Source: a virus. From it: a stretch of 64,000 nt of DNA. Under the pieces are notes generated by a model that had not been told where the DNA came from, made no database searches, and saw only the letters and a list, made by a program, of their open reading frames with translations. Positions within the stretch are counted from its first letter, which is position 1; every line of letters begins with the position of its first letter. The stretch is from the IMG/VR virus record IMGVR_UViG_3300029989_000005; one strand, written 5' to 3'. The translations under genes and the position numbers were made by a program. Shown here in pieces: positions 1-9,785 of the stretch.

Positions 1-125
1 ATACAGAATATTTTTATAAAGCTATTATCTATAACAAATCCACGGTGTCCACGTTTAATAATTTTCACACGGTAATTTGGAGAGTACACTGTTAATTGGT
101 CACATGTTAATATAGCTTCTTTCAT
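1..125 (-). CDS. partial hypothetical protein (runs off window start)
   Basis: ATG at 125 just after the stop of the 136..795 ORF; open frame MKEAILTCDQLTVYSPNYRV... to the window edge. Confidence 0.5.
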   Translation of the reverse strand, partial: MKEAILTCDQLTVYSPNYRVKIIKRGHRGFVIDNSFIKIFC

Positions 126-135
126 AAACGTAAAA

Positions 136-795
136 TTACACTTTGTTTTTATTATTTATTTTATAAATTGTTTTTGTTAACCAATATTCAAATTTGGTTA
201 ACCAATTTTTAGATTTTATGTTTGAATAATACAGTTCAAATATTGGAATGTGATTGAATTCTGAGGTTTCTTTGTTGAGTATTTCTATACCAGTATCGGC
301 AGTTACACAGTTATGCACTTTGATACCATTAGCAACGAATACATGCATTTTGTTACTTATAGTTAAGTCAAATACTCTATGAAATCCCAATATTTTTTCT
401 ATCGATTTTACCTCCTCACAGAATCCACCTGAATTTATAACACTATATTTGCTGCCTGTATGCATATCAATTTTGTGTTTGAGATCAGCAATAGAAAAAA
501 ATTTATCATTTCCTTTTAACACCTCTGTAACCTGATATATAGGAAGTATATGGTCTTGGGTGGCATATAAGGTTTTACCACCATATGTTTCAAGTTTGTA
601 TAATCTTTTTATACCTGTGTAATGAACATGGGTTATTTTTGACTCTTGATCTTCATCTATGTTTACAAAATACCCAAATTTACTTATGTTATAAGACCTA
701 TATTCCTTATAAATCATAAAATATTCTAAGACCTCTATTAATTTAATAGAGGTCTTATATACACATATTTTTAAATTATTTAACAATATTATCAT
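136..795 (-). CDS. extein-less tandem split-intein protein: atypical IntC (to ...KVHN) fused directly to an IntN (CVTADT...), TerL-type
   Basis: Block B ATQDH, block F VFDLTI...VFVANGIKVHN, then Cys (codon 309-307) starting block A CVTADTGIEI...IPIFELYY; true start may be ATG 717. Confidence 0.8.
   Translation of the reverse strand: MIILLNNLKICVYKTSIKLIEVLEYFMIYKEYRSYNISKFGYFVNIDEDQESKITHVHYTGIKRLYKLETYGGKTLYATQDHILPIYQVTEVLKGNDKFFSIADLKHKIDMHTGSKYSVINSGGFCEEVKSIEKILGFHRVFDLTISNKMHVFVANGIKVHNCVTADTGIEILNKETSEFNHIPIFELYYSNIKSKNWLTKFEYWLTKTIYKINNKNKV
727..757. terminator. perfect inverted repeat (15-bp arms, 1-nt spacer), probable terminator or processing hairpin
   Basis: TAAGACCTCTATTAA-t-TTAATAGAGGTCTTA just downstream of the 776..1255 gene. 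Confidence 0.55.
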
Positions 796-1255
796 ACGCC
801 AATTTATAATCCTCGTTAGTCATTTCGAAGATTGTTTTAATTCTATCCTTTTTAACTATTGATATTATCTCACTATCAGACATATATCCTACCTTGCTAA
901 TATATTCAGATATTTTTTTATATGCATCACAGCTATCATTTGAAACATAAAAATTGTTGGTTGCTGTTTTATTACCTTCACCCGTACTAAATTTAACGGC
1001 TACTTTGTAATAAAAATCGCTATCATCACCAACAACACCCTCAATTTCTTCCTTCAATATCTTTTTGAATTCAAGTTGCTTTCTGTTTTCAATAGATATA
1101 CATTCTTTACATATCATATCAAGATTTATAAGTTCCTTGAATATATTTTCAGCATCTGTATAATTTAGTGCGGGAATATAATATTCTTGTGTCTTTGGTA
1201 CTATTCCGAAGTCCGTTTTGGTTTCTTCTTTAATCAGTGCTTTGAAGTACATCAT
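776..1255 (-). CDS. DUF4494-like protein (Bacteroidota-associated)
   Basis: YFKALIKEE...KTQEYYIPALNYTDAE...YYKVAVKF pattern resembles DUF4494. Confidence 0.6.
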   Translation of the reverse strand: MMYFKALIKEETKTDFGIVPKTQEYYIPALNYTDAENIFKELINLDMICKECISIENRKQLEFKKILKEEIEGVVGDDSDFYYKVAVKFSTGEGNKTATNNFYVSNDSCDAYKKISEYISKVGYMSDSEIISIVKKDRIKTIFEMTNEDYKLAYDNIVK

Positions 1256-1276
1256 AGTTTTTAAATTTTAATTTTG

Positions 1277-2863
1277 TTAATAGTCTTTAGATATATTTAT
1301 TTTTATTTGTTCAACCTCGAATTCCTCAGATACATAATAGGAGTAACGTTCCTTTCCCCATTTATGCATATAAGATACAATTGACTCCAATTTACCTGTT
1401 GTCAAATTTTGTTTCTTTGTGTTAGTAGATTCAACTACATCATAAATATATGTCATATCTTTACCCTCATAAAGACGTGCCAATCTACCCATAGTTTGAT
1501 TATTAGTTGTACTAGATTTAAATGCCTCACCATACAAAATATTAACTAAGTTTTTGATTGATTGACCCGTTGAGAAAGTTAAATAGTTTGCAACCAATAT
1601 ACAGTTACCCTCAGTATGATTTTTAATTTCGCTTTTTATTATTTCTCTTGTTGATACCTCTACATCACCATCGATAAAATATATCTTTTTACCAAGGTTT
1701 TGGTATATATTAAGTTCAATAAGCCTTTCATATATTTGTTTGCCATATCCACCTTTCTTGTCTGTAAAATAAACTAATGTGTTTCCTTTCATTTTACTAA
1801 CCAATTGACATTTCCATTCAAAAAGTCTTCTGTGTGATCTTACAAATTGCTGTTCATACCTTAATTTTTTCTCAGGGTCATCTATATATTCCTTATCAAT
1901 AGCTAATTGCAATTTTTCCTTATCACTAGCAAAATCAATTATTATTTGTTTTATTTTACAATCTGTTGTAGCACCTGCAGAAACCAAATCCCTCTTTGAA
2001 ATTATGTATGATATAAGACCAAAATTATCCTCGTTTGTGAAATGTTCAGAATTATCACCAACCTTTGGGTGTGAGCCTGATAGACCAACTCTGTTCATAA
2101 GTACACCACAATTTTTAATTATATTCATTATGGATGATGATGTAGACCTATGAGATTCATCACAAAATACTGTATCAAATTTAGATAAAAAAGTTTCATC
2201 TAAATTTGCCAAAGTTTGAAAATTACCAATTATATGATCAAATTTACCTATATTCTTTTTATCCTTTGAATCACCATAAGCCATACCCATCTTAAGGTTG
2301 AATCTACCATTTGAATAGTCAGTAAATTCTTGATATGTTTGTATTACATATTGTGGGTCAGGCTCTATAATAAGTATGTGATGTGCCTGACCTGTATATC
2401 TAAGAAGCATCATTAGTAAATACATGGTAAGTGTTTTACCACCACCCGTACCAACATCAAGTCTTGAGAACCTATATTTATAAGCATTGTATATCGATTC
2501 TACTTGGTAATCATAAGGAACTATATCATCGATATGTTCTGTCATGCTGTAGCAAAATTTTTTAACCTGATCATAAGTTATATTATCTCTTATTAGATTA
2601 TCAAAATTTTGAAGTTGTATAGGAAATCCAAATCTTTCACACATAGTCATTAAATTAGACCATTGTGTTGACTTTAATTTATCAGCACCTATCATATAGT
2701 TTATAATACCATCAAGTCTTTTACCTTTAGCTTTCAATTTCTTTTGTAGAAAATGGAAATTATCTATTTTCTTCCTGAAGTAAACAGATGTTTGTAATTG
2801 TTCAGCCTCTGTTTCAAAAAACAGAGTTATATATTGTAAATCATCAGATAGTTTAGCAATCAT
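1277..2863 (-). CDS. uvsW: UvsW-like SF2 DNA helicase
   Basis: PYDYQ Q-motif, GTGGGKT Walker A, DESH, GLSGS, FSTGQSIKNL, QTMGRLAR. Confidence 0.88.
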   Translation of the reverse strand: MIAKLSDDLQYITLFFETEAEQLQTSVYFRKKIDNFHFLQKKLKAKGKRLDGIINYMIGADKLKSTQWSNLMTMCERFGFPIQLQNFDNLIRDNITYDQVKKFCYSMTEHIDDIVPYDYQVESIYNAYKYRFSRLDVGTGGGKTLTMYLLMMLLRYTGQAHHILIIEPDPQYVIQTYQEFTDYSNGRFNLKMGMAYGDSKDKKNIGKFDHIIGNFQTLANLDETFLSKFDTVFCDESHRSTSSSIMNIIKNCGVLMNRVGLSGSHPKVGDNSEHFTNEDNFGLISYIISKRDLVSAGATTDCKIKQIIIDFASDKEKLQLAIDKEYIDDPEKKLRYEQQFVRSHRRLFEWKCQLVSKMKGNTLVYFTDKKGGYGKQIYERLIELNIYQNLGKKIYFIDGDVEVSTREIIKSEIKNHTEGNCILVANYLTFSTGQSIKNLVNILYGEAFKSSTTNNQTMGRLARLYEGKDMTYIYDVVESTNTKKQNLTTGKLESIVSYMHKWGKERYSYYVSEEFEVEQIKINISKDY

Positions 2864-2864
2864 A

Positions 2865-3383
2865 TTAATTTATATTATTTCTGTGTATAAACAAGTATCT
2901 TTCATCAAGTCTTTCAACATCATAAATATATGTGAATAATGCAATTATAAATTTATTGTCTTTGTCTTTACAACCGAACCTTTTATAATTTTTAAAGTAT
3001 TCACATGCTTTAGATACTATATATTTGTTGCTACTTGTTATAAGTAGTTCAAACACCTCGTTAAACTCCCTAGTTTCTATATATTTCATATTATATTCTT
3101 TCCTGAATTCAATCAGCTCTTTATATGTACTACATGCACGATTATGTATACGTTGCCTCCAATAGTCTATCCTTAAGTCAAGATAAATTATTATAATTTT
3201 AGTAATACTATAGACGATAACGTATGCACATATTCCACATAAAAATGCACTCATAAATGCATCTTTAATACACGATATGCTTGCCAAAAAAATACACAAA
3301 AACACAACAGACATGCATATTTCCCACAAAGCAGCCTCTTTTTTTAATGTTTCTTTTATGTGCTTAAATATTAAATTTCCCAT
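2865..3383 (-). CDS. hypothetical membrane protein (2 N-terminal TM segments)
   Basis: two hydrophobic stretches near the N-terminus; tightly packed in the operon. Confidence 0.6.
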   Translation of the reverse strand: MGNLIFKHIKETLKKEAALWEICMSVVFLCIFLASISCIKDAFMSAFLCGICAYVIVYSITKIIIIYLDLRIDYWRQRIHNRACSTYKELIEFRKEYNMKYIETREFNEVFELLITSSNKYIVSKACEYFKNYKRFGCKDKDNKFIIALFTYIYDVERLDERYLFIHRNNIN

Positions 3384-3386
3384 AAT

Positions 3387-3938
3387 TTATAATTTTTGGT
3401 ATTCTTCTAATTTTAATACTAATTCATGCCCAAACGTCATATCGGAAATATTTTTAATTGTTTCAACTAGAAAATTTATATGATTTTCAAGTAGTGATAT
3501 ACAATATTGATACTGTGAAAGATTTGATTCTAAAAATATCTTTCTTTCTGTATCGTTTGATGGCTTTATACCATCAGGATTGTTTCCGAATTTATATTTT
3601 TTGATTTCTTTTTCCTTAATAACAGCCACATCCTTTGACAACCATATTAAATCATCAATAATACACTGTTTCCGTATTATGATTGTCTGTCTATCATAAT
3701 AAAACCTGTTTTTTGATTTTGATAGAAGTACAACATTTTTCAAATTATAACTAAGGTCTTGTATGTTTTTGGATATTTTTTGAACATCATGTTCCTTCCT
3801 TTCTTCAATAAAAACTGATATTTCAGATATATGATTTGATAATATATTAGAATTTATGAGGCTTTTAATTGGTTTATTGAGGTCATATATGTTTTCAGAA
3901 GATTCCGACATTTTTGGTGTTTTTATTTTTATTATCAA
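3387..3938 (-). CDS. UvsY-like recombination mediator
   Basis: helical protein ending HINFLVETIKNISDMTFGHELVLKLEEY, like the UvsY C-terminus; near uvsW. Confidence 0.5.
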   Translation of the reverse strand: MIIKIKTPKMSESSENIYDLNKPIKSLINSNILSNHISEISVFIEERKEHDVQKISKNIQDLSYNLKNVVLLSKSKNRFYYDRQTIIIRKQCIIDDLIWLSKDVAVIKEKEIKKYKFGNNPDGIKPSNDTERKIFLESNLSQYQYCISLLENHINFLVETIKNISDMTFGHELVLKLEEYQKL

Positions 3939-4048
3939 TAATGGTGGTTTTTTTCACAGGTATAATGTTGGAAATTTTAGCTTTAGGAATAGACATATTC
4001 CTAAAGCTAAAATCAATTTCCAAATCATTATCAAATTTAAGTAGTTTT

Positions 4049-6796
4049 TTAACCTTTTTCATTACCTGATCTCATGTTTGTTATTTTAATTTCAGAAAAA
4101 TTATTATCCACAGTCATTTCTATTTTATTATCAAAAAATGTAGGATTAATTAATGAATGATTTACCAAGAACACATCCATATTTAAACCATCTACTATTT
4201 CTTTTTTGGTTATTTCAAGTATTATTGGTAACATTGAAACATGTAATGAAGAAAATATTTCATCAAGGAAAACAACATTAAGATTTGTGCATTTGTTTTT
4301 AATAAATTTGATTATTGTGATAATGATTGAATAATCAATCATTTTGGATTGACCTAGAGATATCGTTCTGTATGAAACATCGTTCCCAAATCTGTATATA
4401 GCGGGTTTGAATTCATCATCAAACTTTATAGCCAAAGGCAAATCAAATTGATTAAGTATACGATTAACGGATTGATTAATGTATGGTATAATTTTACCAA
4501 TTATAAAGCTTTTTATTCCTTTGTCAGAAAGTGAGTATTCAATTAATTTTAAGAATAGCAATATTGTATTGGTGGTATTATATTCCTTTAAAATATTTTC
4601 AACCTGTTTATTGTATTCTATTAATTTAACTTTCATTAAATCCTTATTGTTGGTTATAATTAGCTTATTATTGTTTATGGTTTGAAGATTTTGATTTATT
4701 TCGTTGTTAATTTCTTTATTCTCTTTAGCAACCATTTCAGATTTAAGTTCCAATTCTTTCAGTTTGATCTGAGCAGTATCTAATGAGTCAAATTTTGTTA
4801 TGCATTGTTCAAATTGTGTTTCGTCATTGGATAAGCGATTTTTCAGGTTTTCTATATCTTTTTCTATATTTACTTTGCGTTCAGATTCAGATTCAATTAA
4901 TTTTGAAATAGATTTCTCTTTAAGTTCTTTAAGTCTATTCTCTGTTGCGGCAACATTATTGTCAGTAATATCAACAAGACCATATTTAAGTTGGTTGATT
5001 TCAGTTGATTTGGTTTTATCAAATTTATCAACCTCTCCTTGATATATTCTTTGTTTTGATGTGGTTTCGTTATATTCTTTGCTTATATTATCAAGTTCTT
5101 GTTTTTTAACATCAATGTTTTCAGATACCTCAGAAATTTTTACTTTCATATTAGCAAGCATTTCATCATCTTTACCAAATTTTATCATATTTTCAGTTAC
5201 CAAATATGTATTAAGCAGCTTATACCAATTTGTGAGTGTTTCAATTACCTCGTCTGTTGTTATGCTAGCAAGTTGCGTATTAAAGATAATTTCTGATACA
5301 GGATTAAAATTTGATTTAAGTTTTAATTTAAATTCAATCATTTTTCTTTTGGCTGTATCTATATCAGTACCAACTTTAACAATCGTTTCATTCTTAACTT
5401 TCAATGAATCTTTTAAAATAGGAAGCTCCCTACCAAATTTCTCATTAAGCTCCTCAAGTTCAATTATTTTATGCTGATGATCAACATCCTCGAATGAGGT
5501 TTCACAGGTTGGACACATACCCGATTTATAAAGACCTATAAGCCTTTCATTATTCTTTACGTTATCTGATTTTGAATTAATATTAATTTGCTCTTCATCA
5601 CGCAAATTAATAAGTTCATCATATTGCTTTGAAAGTTCATTTTTAAGGCTTAGCTCTCTTGTATATTGATTCCTTGTTTCTTTTATATTATTGAAATCCT
5701 CAATAGATTTTTCAATAATATTATTGAAATCATTATACAATTTATTTTGTACTAAGAGATTATATTCATCCCGTATTTTTATAGCTTTTTTTGATTGTTC
5801 AGAAGACTTATAGTTGAGTTCTGATAACAACGACAAGTAGTCATTATATTGCTTAAGAGAATTTTTCTTGTAATATGTCTGAATGTCTGAAATAATATTA
5901 TCTATTTCTTCCGAATTCTTTTTTTCTGATTTTCTGAGGCTATCTATATTGACTTTAACTTTTTCAAGTTCAAGTTCCTCAGATTTTATAGCTATTTTTG
6001 CCTGTTCATTTGTAGAGTATTCAATATATTTAAGAGCTATATCATATTCTTTTTGACATTCCTCTATACAAACAATTTTATTGTTGGATATTTCAGTTTT
6101 TATTTTATTTCCTTCTTCAAGTATTTTTATTTCCTGTTCAAGCTCTGATATTCTTTCATCACTATCTAAACTATTTTTCAATTTTTCAATTTCGCTTTCT
6201 ATGAAATCTTTTTTTATAGTATTTTCCGTTAACTTATCTACATATTTTTTGATTCCAACTTTATTCTGTTCATTCATTTCATTTAAAATATAGAACCCGA
6301 ATATTCTGTCACGGATAAGTCTAGTGTCTTTGGCGGACATTGCTATAAAGCTTTTAAAATCAGCCATTGAAAGCGATACAATATTTGAAAATATATGGTA
6401 TTCAATATCTAAAATATTTTCATATATATATTTTTTGGTTTCAGGTAGCTTGCCTGTATCCAAAATCACATTATCTTTTGTAATGATTATGGATTTCATG
6501 GATGATTTAGTGTAATTACTCTCAATAGACCACACACTATTAAACGATTCAAGTTCCACCTTGATATAACCATTACCATTTATATCATTTGAAATTTCTG
6601 ATACGTTAATTGGAACTTTATCAAAATACATTCCTAATTTAAGGCAATTGATCAATGATGATTTGCCACTACCATTTTTACCCAACAATATGTTCATTGT
6701 TGGTTGGTTATTATTGGATAAATTTTCAAAGTCAATAAATTGTTTGTTATTTCCAAACAACATTACATTCTGCAGGGTAAGTGATTTTATTTTCAT
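4049..6796 (-). CDS. gp46/SbcC/Rad50-like recombination ATPase
   Basis: GKNGSGKSS Walker A, long coiled coil with CPTC zinc hook, ISLGQ signature, VFLDE Walker B, H-loop. Confidence 0.92.
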   Translation of the reverse strand: MKIKSLTLQNVMLFGNNKQFIDFENLSNNNQPTMNILLGKNGSGKSSLINCLKLGMYFDKVPINVSEISNDINGNGYIKVELESFNSVWSIESNYTKSSMKSIIITKDNVILDTGKLPETKKYIYENILDIEYHIFSNIVSLSMADFKSFIAMSAKDTRLIRDRIFGFYILNEMNEQNKVGIKKYVDKLTENTIKKDFIESEIEKLKNSLDSDERISELEQEIKILEEGNKIKTEISNNKIVCIEECQKEYDIALKYIEYSTNEQAKIAIKSEELELEKVKVNIDSLRKSEKKNSEEIDNIISDIQTYYKKNSLKQYNDYLSLLSELNYKSSEQSKKAIKIRDEYNLLVQNKLYNDFNNIIEKSIEDFNNIKETRNQYTRELSLKNELSKQYDELINLRDEEQININSKSDNVKNNERLIGLYKSGMCPTCETSFEDVDHQHKIIELEELNEKFGRELPILKDSLKVKNETIVKVGTDIDTAKRKMIEFKLKLKSNFNPVSEIIFNTQLASITTDEVIETLTNWYKLLNTYLVTENMIKFGKDDEMLANMKVKISEVSENIDVKKQELDNISKEYNETTSKQRIYQGEVDKFDKTKSTEINQLKYGLVDITDNNVAATENRLKELKEKSISKLIESESERKVNIEKDIENLKNRLSNDETQFEQCITKFDSLDTAQIKLKELELKSEMVAKENKEINNEINQNLQTINNNKLIITNNKDLMKVKLIEYNKQVENILKEYNTTNTILLFLKLIEYSLSDKGIKSFIIGKIIPYINQSVNRILNQFDLPLAIKFDDEFKPAIYRFGNDVSYRTISLGQSKMIDYSIIITIIKFIKNKCTNLNVVFLDEIFSSLHVSMLPIILEITKKEIVDGLNMDVFLVNHSLINPTFFDNKIEMTVDNNFSEIKITNMRSGNEKG

Positions 6797-6906
6797 TTGA
6801 TTTTATTTTTTCGTTTAGCCTTATTCTTTCTACAGGTGTCTCTGTGCTTAATTTCCTGTTTACCTTCTTTGCTGTCTTTATATTCAACTAATTTATAAGC
6901 TTTCAT
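6793..6906 (-). CDS. small basic hypothetical protein (37 aa), not in ORF track
   Basis: MKAYKLVEYKDSKEGKQEIKHRDTCRKNKAKRKNKIK*; stop overlaps the gp46 ATG (ATGA) and the ORF follows a promoter. Confidence 0.55.
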   Translation of the reverse strand: MKAYKLVEYKDSKEGKQEIKHRDTCRKNKAKRKNKIK

Positions 6907-6922
6907 ATATCAATTTTCATTT

Positions 6923-6951
6923 TTATATTTATATTAGTCCTTAGTTGTCTA
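6923..6951 (-). promoter_or_regulatory. sigma70-like phage promoter TAGACA-N17-ATATAA
   Basis: same spacing as seven other copies in the window. Confidence 0.6.
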
Positions 6952-6957
6952 ACACAG

Positions 6958-6987
6958 ATTAGGCTGTAGAAGTTTCTACAGCCTAAT
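6958..6987. terminator. inverted-repeat terminator
   Basis: ATTAGGCTGTAGAA-gt-TTCTACAGCCTAAT after the 7006..7401 gene. Confidence 0.7.
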
Positions 6988-7005
6988 AAGTTTATGTAAT
7001 ATTTT

Positions 7006-7401
7006 TTACTTTACTTTATATAATAAAAAATCAACAACGACATTGGTGACATTATTGTTGGTTATTTTTATATCACCACTTGTAAATACCAAGTGCTGTG
7101 CATTAAACACTTCTTGTGTGGGTTCAATTTTTTCCAATAATATTATTTTAGAATCTTTTATGAACATACAAACATTATCACATGACATTGTAATGGATGC
7201 ATCAGGTTTTAATGTTATGGTTGATTTGTCAACATTACCATCAACGTTTATTAAAAAATTACCCAAATAAATGGAGTTTCCTGATTGATTGTTGAATACC
7301 GATTCACCTAAAAATTCTACAGTGTTTATAGTCTGTAAAATTTTTTTGTCGTATTGAATCAATTCCTCAGGTGTTTCATTACCCGTTATCTCTTTTGCCA
7401 T
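7006..7401 (-). CDS. hypothetical protein (beta-rich)
   Basis: ATG-start ORF directly after nrdJ, followed by a terminator. Confidence 0.6.
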   Translation of the reverse strand: MAKEITGNETPEELIQYDKKILQTINTVEFLGESVFNNQSGNSIYLGNFLINVDGNVDKSTITLKPDASITMSCDNVCMFIKDSKIILLEKIEPTQEVFNAQHLVFTSGDIKITNNNVTNVVVDFLLYKVK

Positions 7402-7413
7402 ATCTGTATAAAA

Positions 7414-9423
7414 TTAAACTGAATGTACTTCACAACTACCACCCGCACAAGCTGCCTCACGTGTTGTTTCCTTATTTATTGAAACGTTTACCAATGATAA
7501 ATCAACTTTTTCGGGCATCATGGACATCATATATTCATAGTGTGCTTCGTCTATTTTTTCAAATGGCATTTGCCTATAAGAATTATTAGTTTTAGGTAAT
7601 AACGTTAATCCTGCACATTCAAACCTGTTTTTCCAAATCCAATCGATTACCTCCTCTACATCTTCGTTATCAACATGTATCGTTGCTGAAACATTATTAT
7701 AGGATTTACCAACTCTATGACCATTACGTATCCAATTAACATTATATCTTTTTATACGTTCAAGAAGTTCAATAGGCGATTCCATTTCCGTAATACAGCC
7801 ATCGGCACTTTTTAGAGGAAGAGAAAGCACCAATTTAGAGGAGTCCATTACATCATCCTCAATAAAATCAGGCATTATTGATTTTAAATATGCTGCAATA
7901 GGTTGATCTTTTTGTATCCTTAATCTTCTAATATATCTATCAGAAAATGCTGAATGTACACCCGCACCAAATGCCTCAGCTACCAACGTTGTAGTACCCT
8001 CAGGTTTAATACATGTAACTCTATCGGCTTTATTTATACCAATCAAATTGGCTACTCTTTCATTTTCATTTATTGCACATTTTGCAGCCCAACTTTCATC
8101 TAAATTATCAATTTTCCTACCCGCTATACCTGTAATTGAAACACCAAGAAGTGCTTGTCTTTGTGCTTTCTCTTTCCAAGAATATCTGATATAATGAAAA
8201 TCAGTAAATCCCGCTTGTAAAGTTCCAAAAAAAGCAGACATCCTAGAACGGTTGTTGAAATCCTCTTGATCATCAATATCATAGGCGTTAATAGTAGTTA
8301 AATTACAGAACGATTCTGACTCAAAGACAATCTCACCACATGGATTTGAAAGTAAATCTTCGGAATTAGTAAATAAAATTCCTGGCTCTCCCGTTCCGTT
8401 TGATATTGATTTTCTCATTATAATCTTAAATTCATCTTCTGTAATATTATCATATGTTTCAGAAACTGAATTATTAGACATTGCTCTGTGTGGGTAAACA
8501 TGATACCATTGAATCTGATTATGTCTTAACATTGCAATGTCATTAACACTATCAGATGGAAATTTTACTATATGAGTAAGATTATCTTTTGTAGTAATTT
8601 CATAAACGTTATAACCATCGTCACCTGTAAGTATCATTTTATGTGATTTGAATTGTACAATACCCTTGGCATTAATTATATCCAAATCATCTTTATCAGC
8701 AAATATTATAATAGCTGCAGAACGTATTCCACCCGAAACAACAGCACCCGCAATAATAGTTATAATGTCCAAGCATTCTATTGATGTTAGCTGTCTTCCT
8801 ATTGCATTTTTAAGTATTTTGTCAATTTCCCTTATAGCTTGCTTTAATCTTGAACTACCAGGAGCTAAACATTGCAATTTTTTAATTTCAGTACCTTTTT
8901 TACGTATGTCTGAAAAATCAAATGTAGGATAATTTGTGCCCCTAAAATAAGAATACACCAACATACGAATTGCATCAGCCCAACCCTCTATATTGTCAGA
9001 AATTCTGAATTTTTTTGCTTGTGCAGGTTGTATTACAGGTGGTAATTTACTTATACACCTTTTCTTTAATGAAACACCAACACCACAACCCGAAAGTGAT
9101 AAAAACATTACCTCTGAAAAGACTTTAATATCATCAAGTTCTATGCCCGAACAATTATACATTCTAGCGTGATTGTTTTCTATGGGAATACCAGCATATT
9201 GTAATGCCCGCATAGACGGAAATACCTTTTTATTTTTGATGTATTCTCCATTTGTAAGTATTTCATCTTCAATATGTGGGTATTTGCGTACCATCATTTT
9301 TAGGTATTCATCAACTATTTCATCCCAATTCATTTTTCTTTTAGTTCCATCTACATTTTCGGTTGTTCTAGAATATTTTGTGAAAACAACAATATCTGAT
9401 AATAATTTGTCGGGGTTAATCAT
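7414..9423 (-). CDS. nrdJ: class II (adenosylcobalamin-dependent) ribonucleoside-triphosphate reductase
   Basis: FPSMRALQYAG, ARMYNCS, GCGVG, VVSGGIRSAA, NPCGEI, TCIKPEGT, C-terminal CAGGSCE. Confidence 0.92.
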   Translation of the reverse strand: MINPDKLLSDIVVFTKYSRTTENVDGTKRKMNWDEIVDEYLKMMVRKYPHIEDEILTNGEYIKNKKVFPSMRALQYAGIPIENNHARMYNCSGIELDDIKVFSEVMFLSLSGCGVGVSLKKRCISKLPPVIQPAQAKKFRISDNIEGWADAIRMLVYSYFRGTNYPTFDFSDIRKKGTEIKKLQCLAPGSSRLKQAIREIDKILKNAIGRQLTSIECLDIITIIAGAVVSGGIRSAAIIIFADKDDLDIINAKGIVQFKSHKMILTGDDGYNVYEITTKDNLTHIVKFPSDSVNDIAMLRHNQIQWYHVYPHRAMSNNSVSETYDNITEDEFKIIMRKSISNGTGEPGILFTNSEDLLSNPCGEIVFESESFCNLTTINAYDIDDQEDFNNRSRMSAFFGTLQAGFTDFHYIRYSWKEKAQRQALLGVSITGIAGRKIDNLDESWAAKCAINENERVANLIGINKADRVTCIKPEGTTTLVAEAFGAGVHSAFSDRYIRRLRIQKDQPIAAYLKSIMPDFIEDDVMDSSKLVLSLPLKSADGCITEMESPIELLERIKRYNVNWIRNGHRVGKSYNNVSATIHVDNEDVEEVIDWIWKNRFECAGLTLLPKTNNSYRQMPFEKIDEAHYEYMMSMMPEKVDLSLVNVSINKETTREAACAGGSCEVHSV

Positions 9424-9613
9424 TTGTTTAAAAATTTAAAATTAGCTTATTAATATTTTTTAATTTACAGAGTTCAGGTTATTTACATATTATAGAAAGT
9501 ATCAGCTAATAAGTTTTTTGATATTCCAAATGCATTGTTTCATATACCTATTAAAATTTGTTACTCATTGGTCAGTTCAATATATTATCATGTACCTAAA
9601 AGCCTTTTTCACT

Positions 9614-9642
9614 TTATATTTTGTAATAGTATACATTATCAA
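9614..9642 (-). promoter_or_regulatory. sigma70-like phage promoter TTGATA-N17-ATATAA upstream of nrdJ
   Basis: recurring motif with fixed spacing. Confidence 0.6.
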
Positions 9643-9785
9643 AAGTAGTTGTATTTAATATATTAGTTGTATATTTGTTATTATATGGTCAATTTAATTT
9701 GAAAATATAGGTATGATTGGAATATTAATAATAGTGTGGATGTTTTTACTGAAAAATATAAATAAACAGGAACACAAATAAAAAT

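Noticed and set aside
8509-8661. Active intein in nrdJ
   Set aside because: No N-terminal C/S block A and no HN-C/S/T junction; too short.
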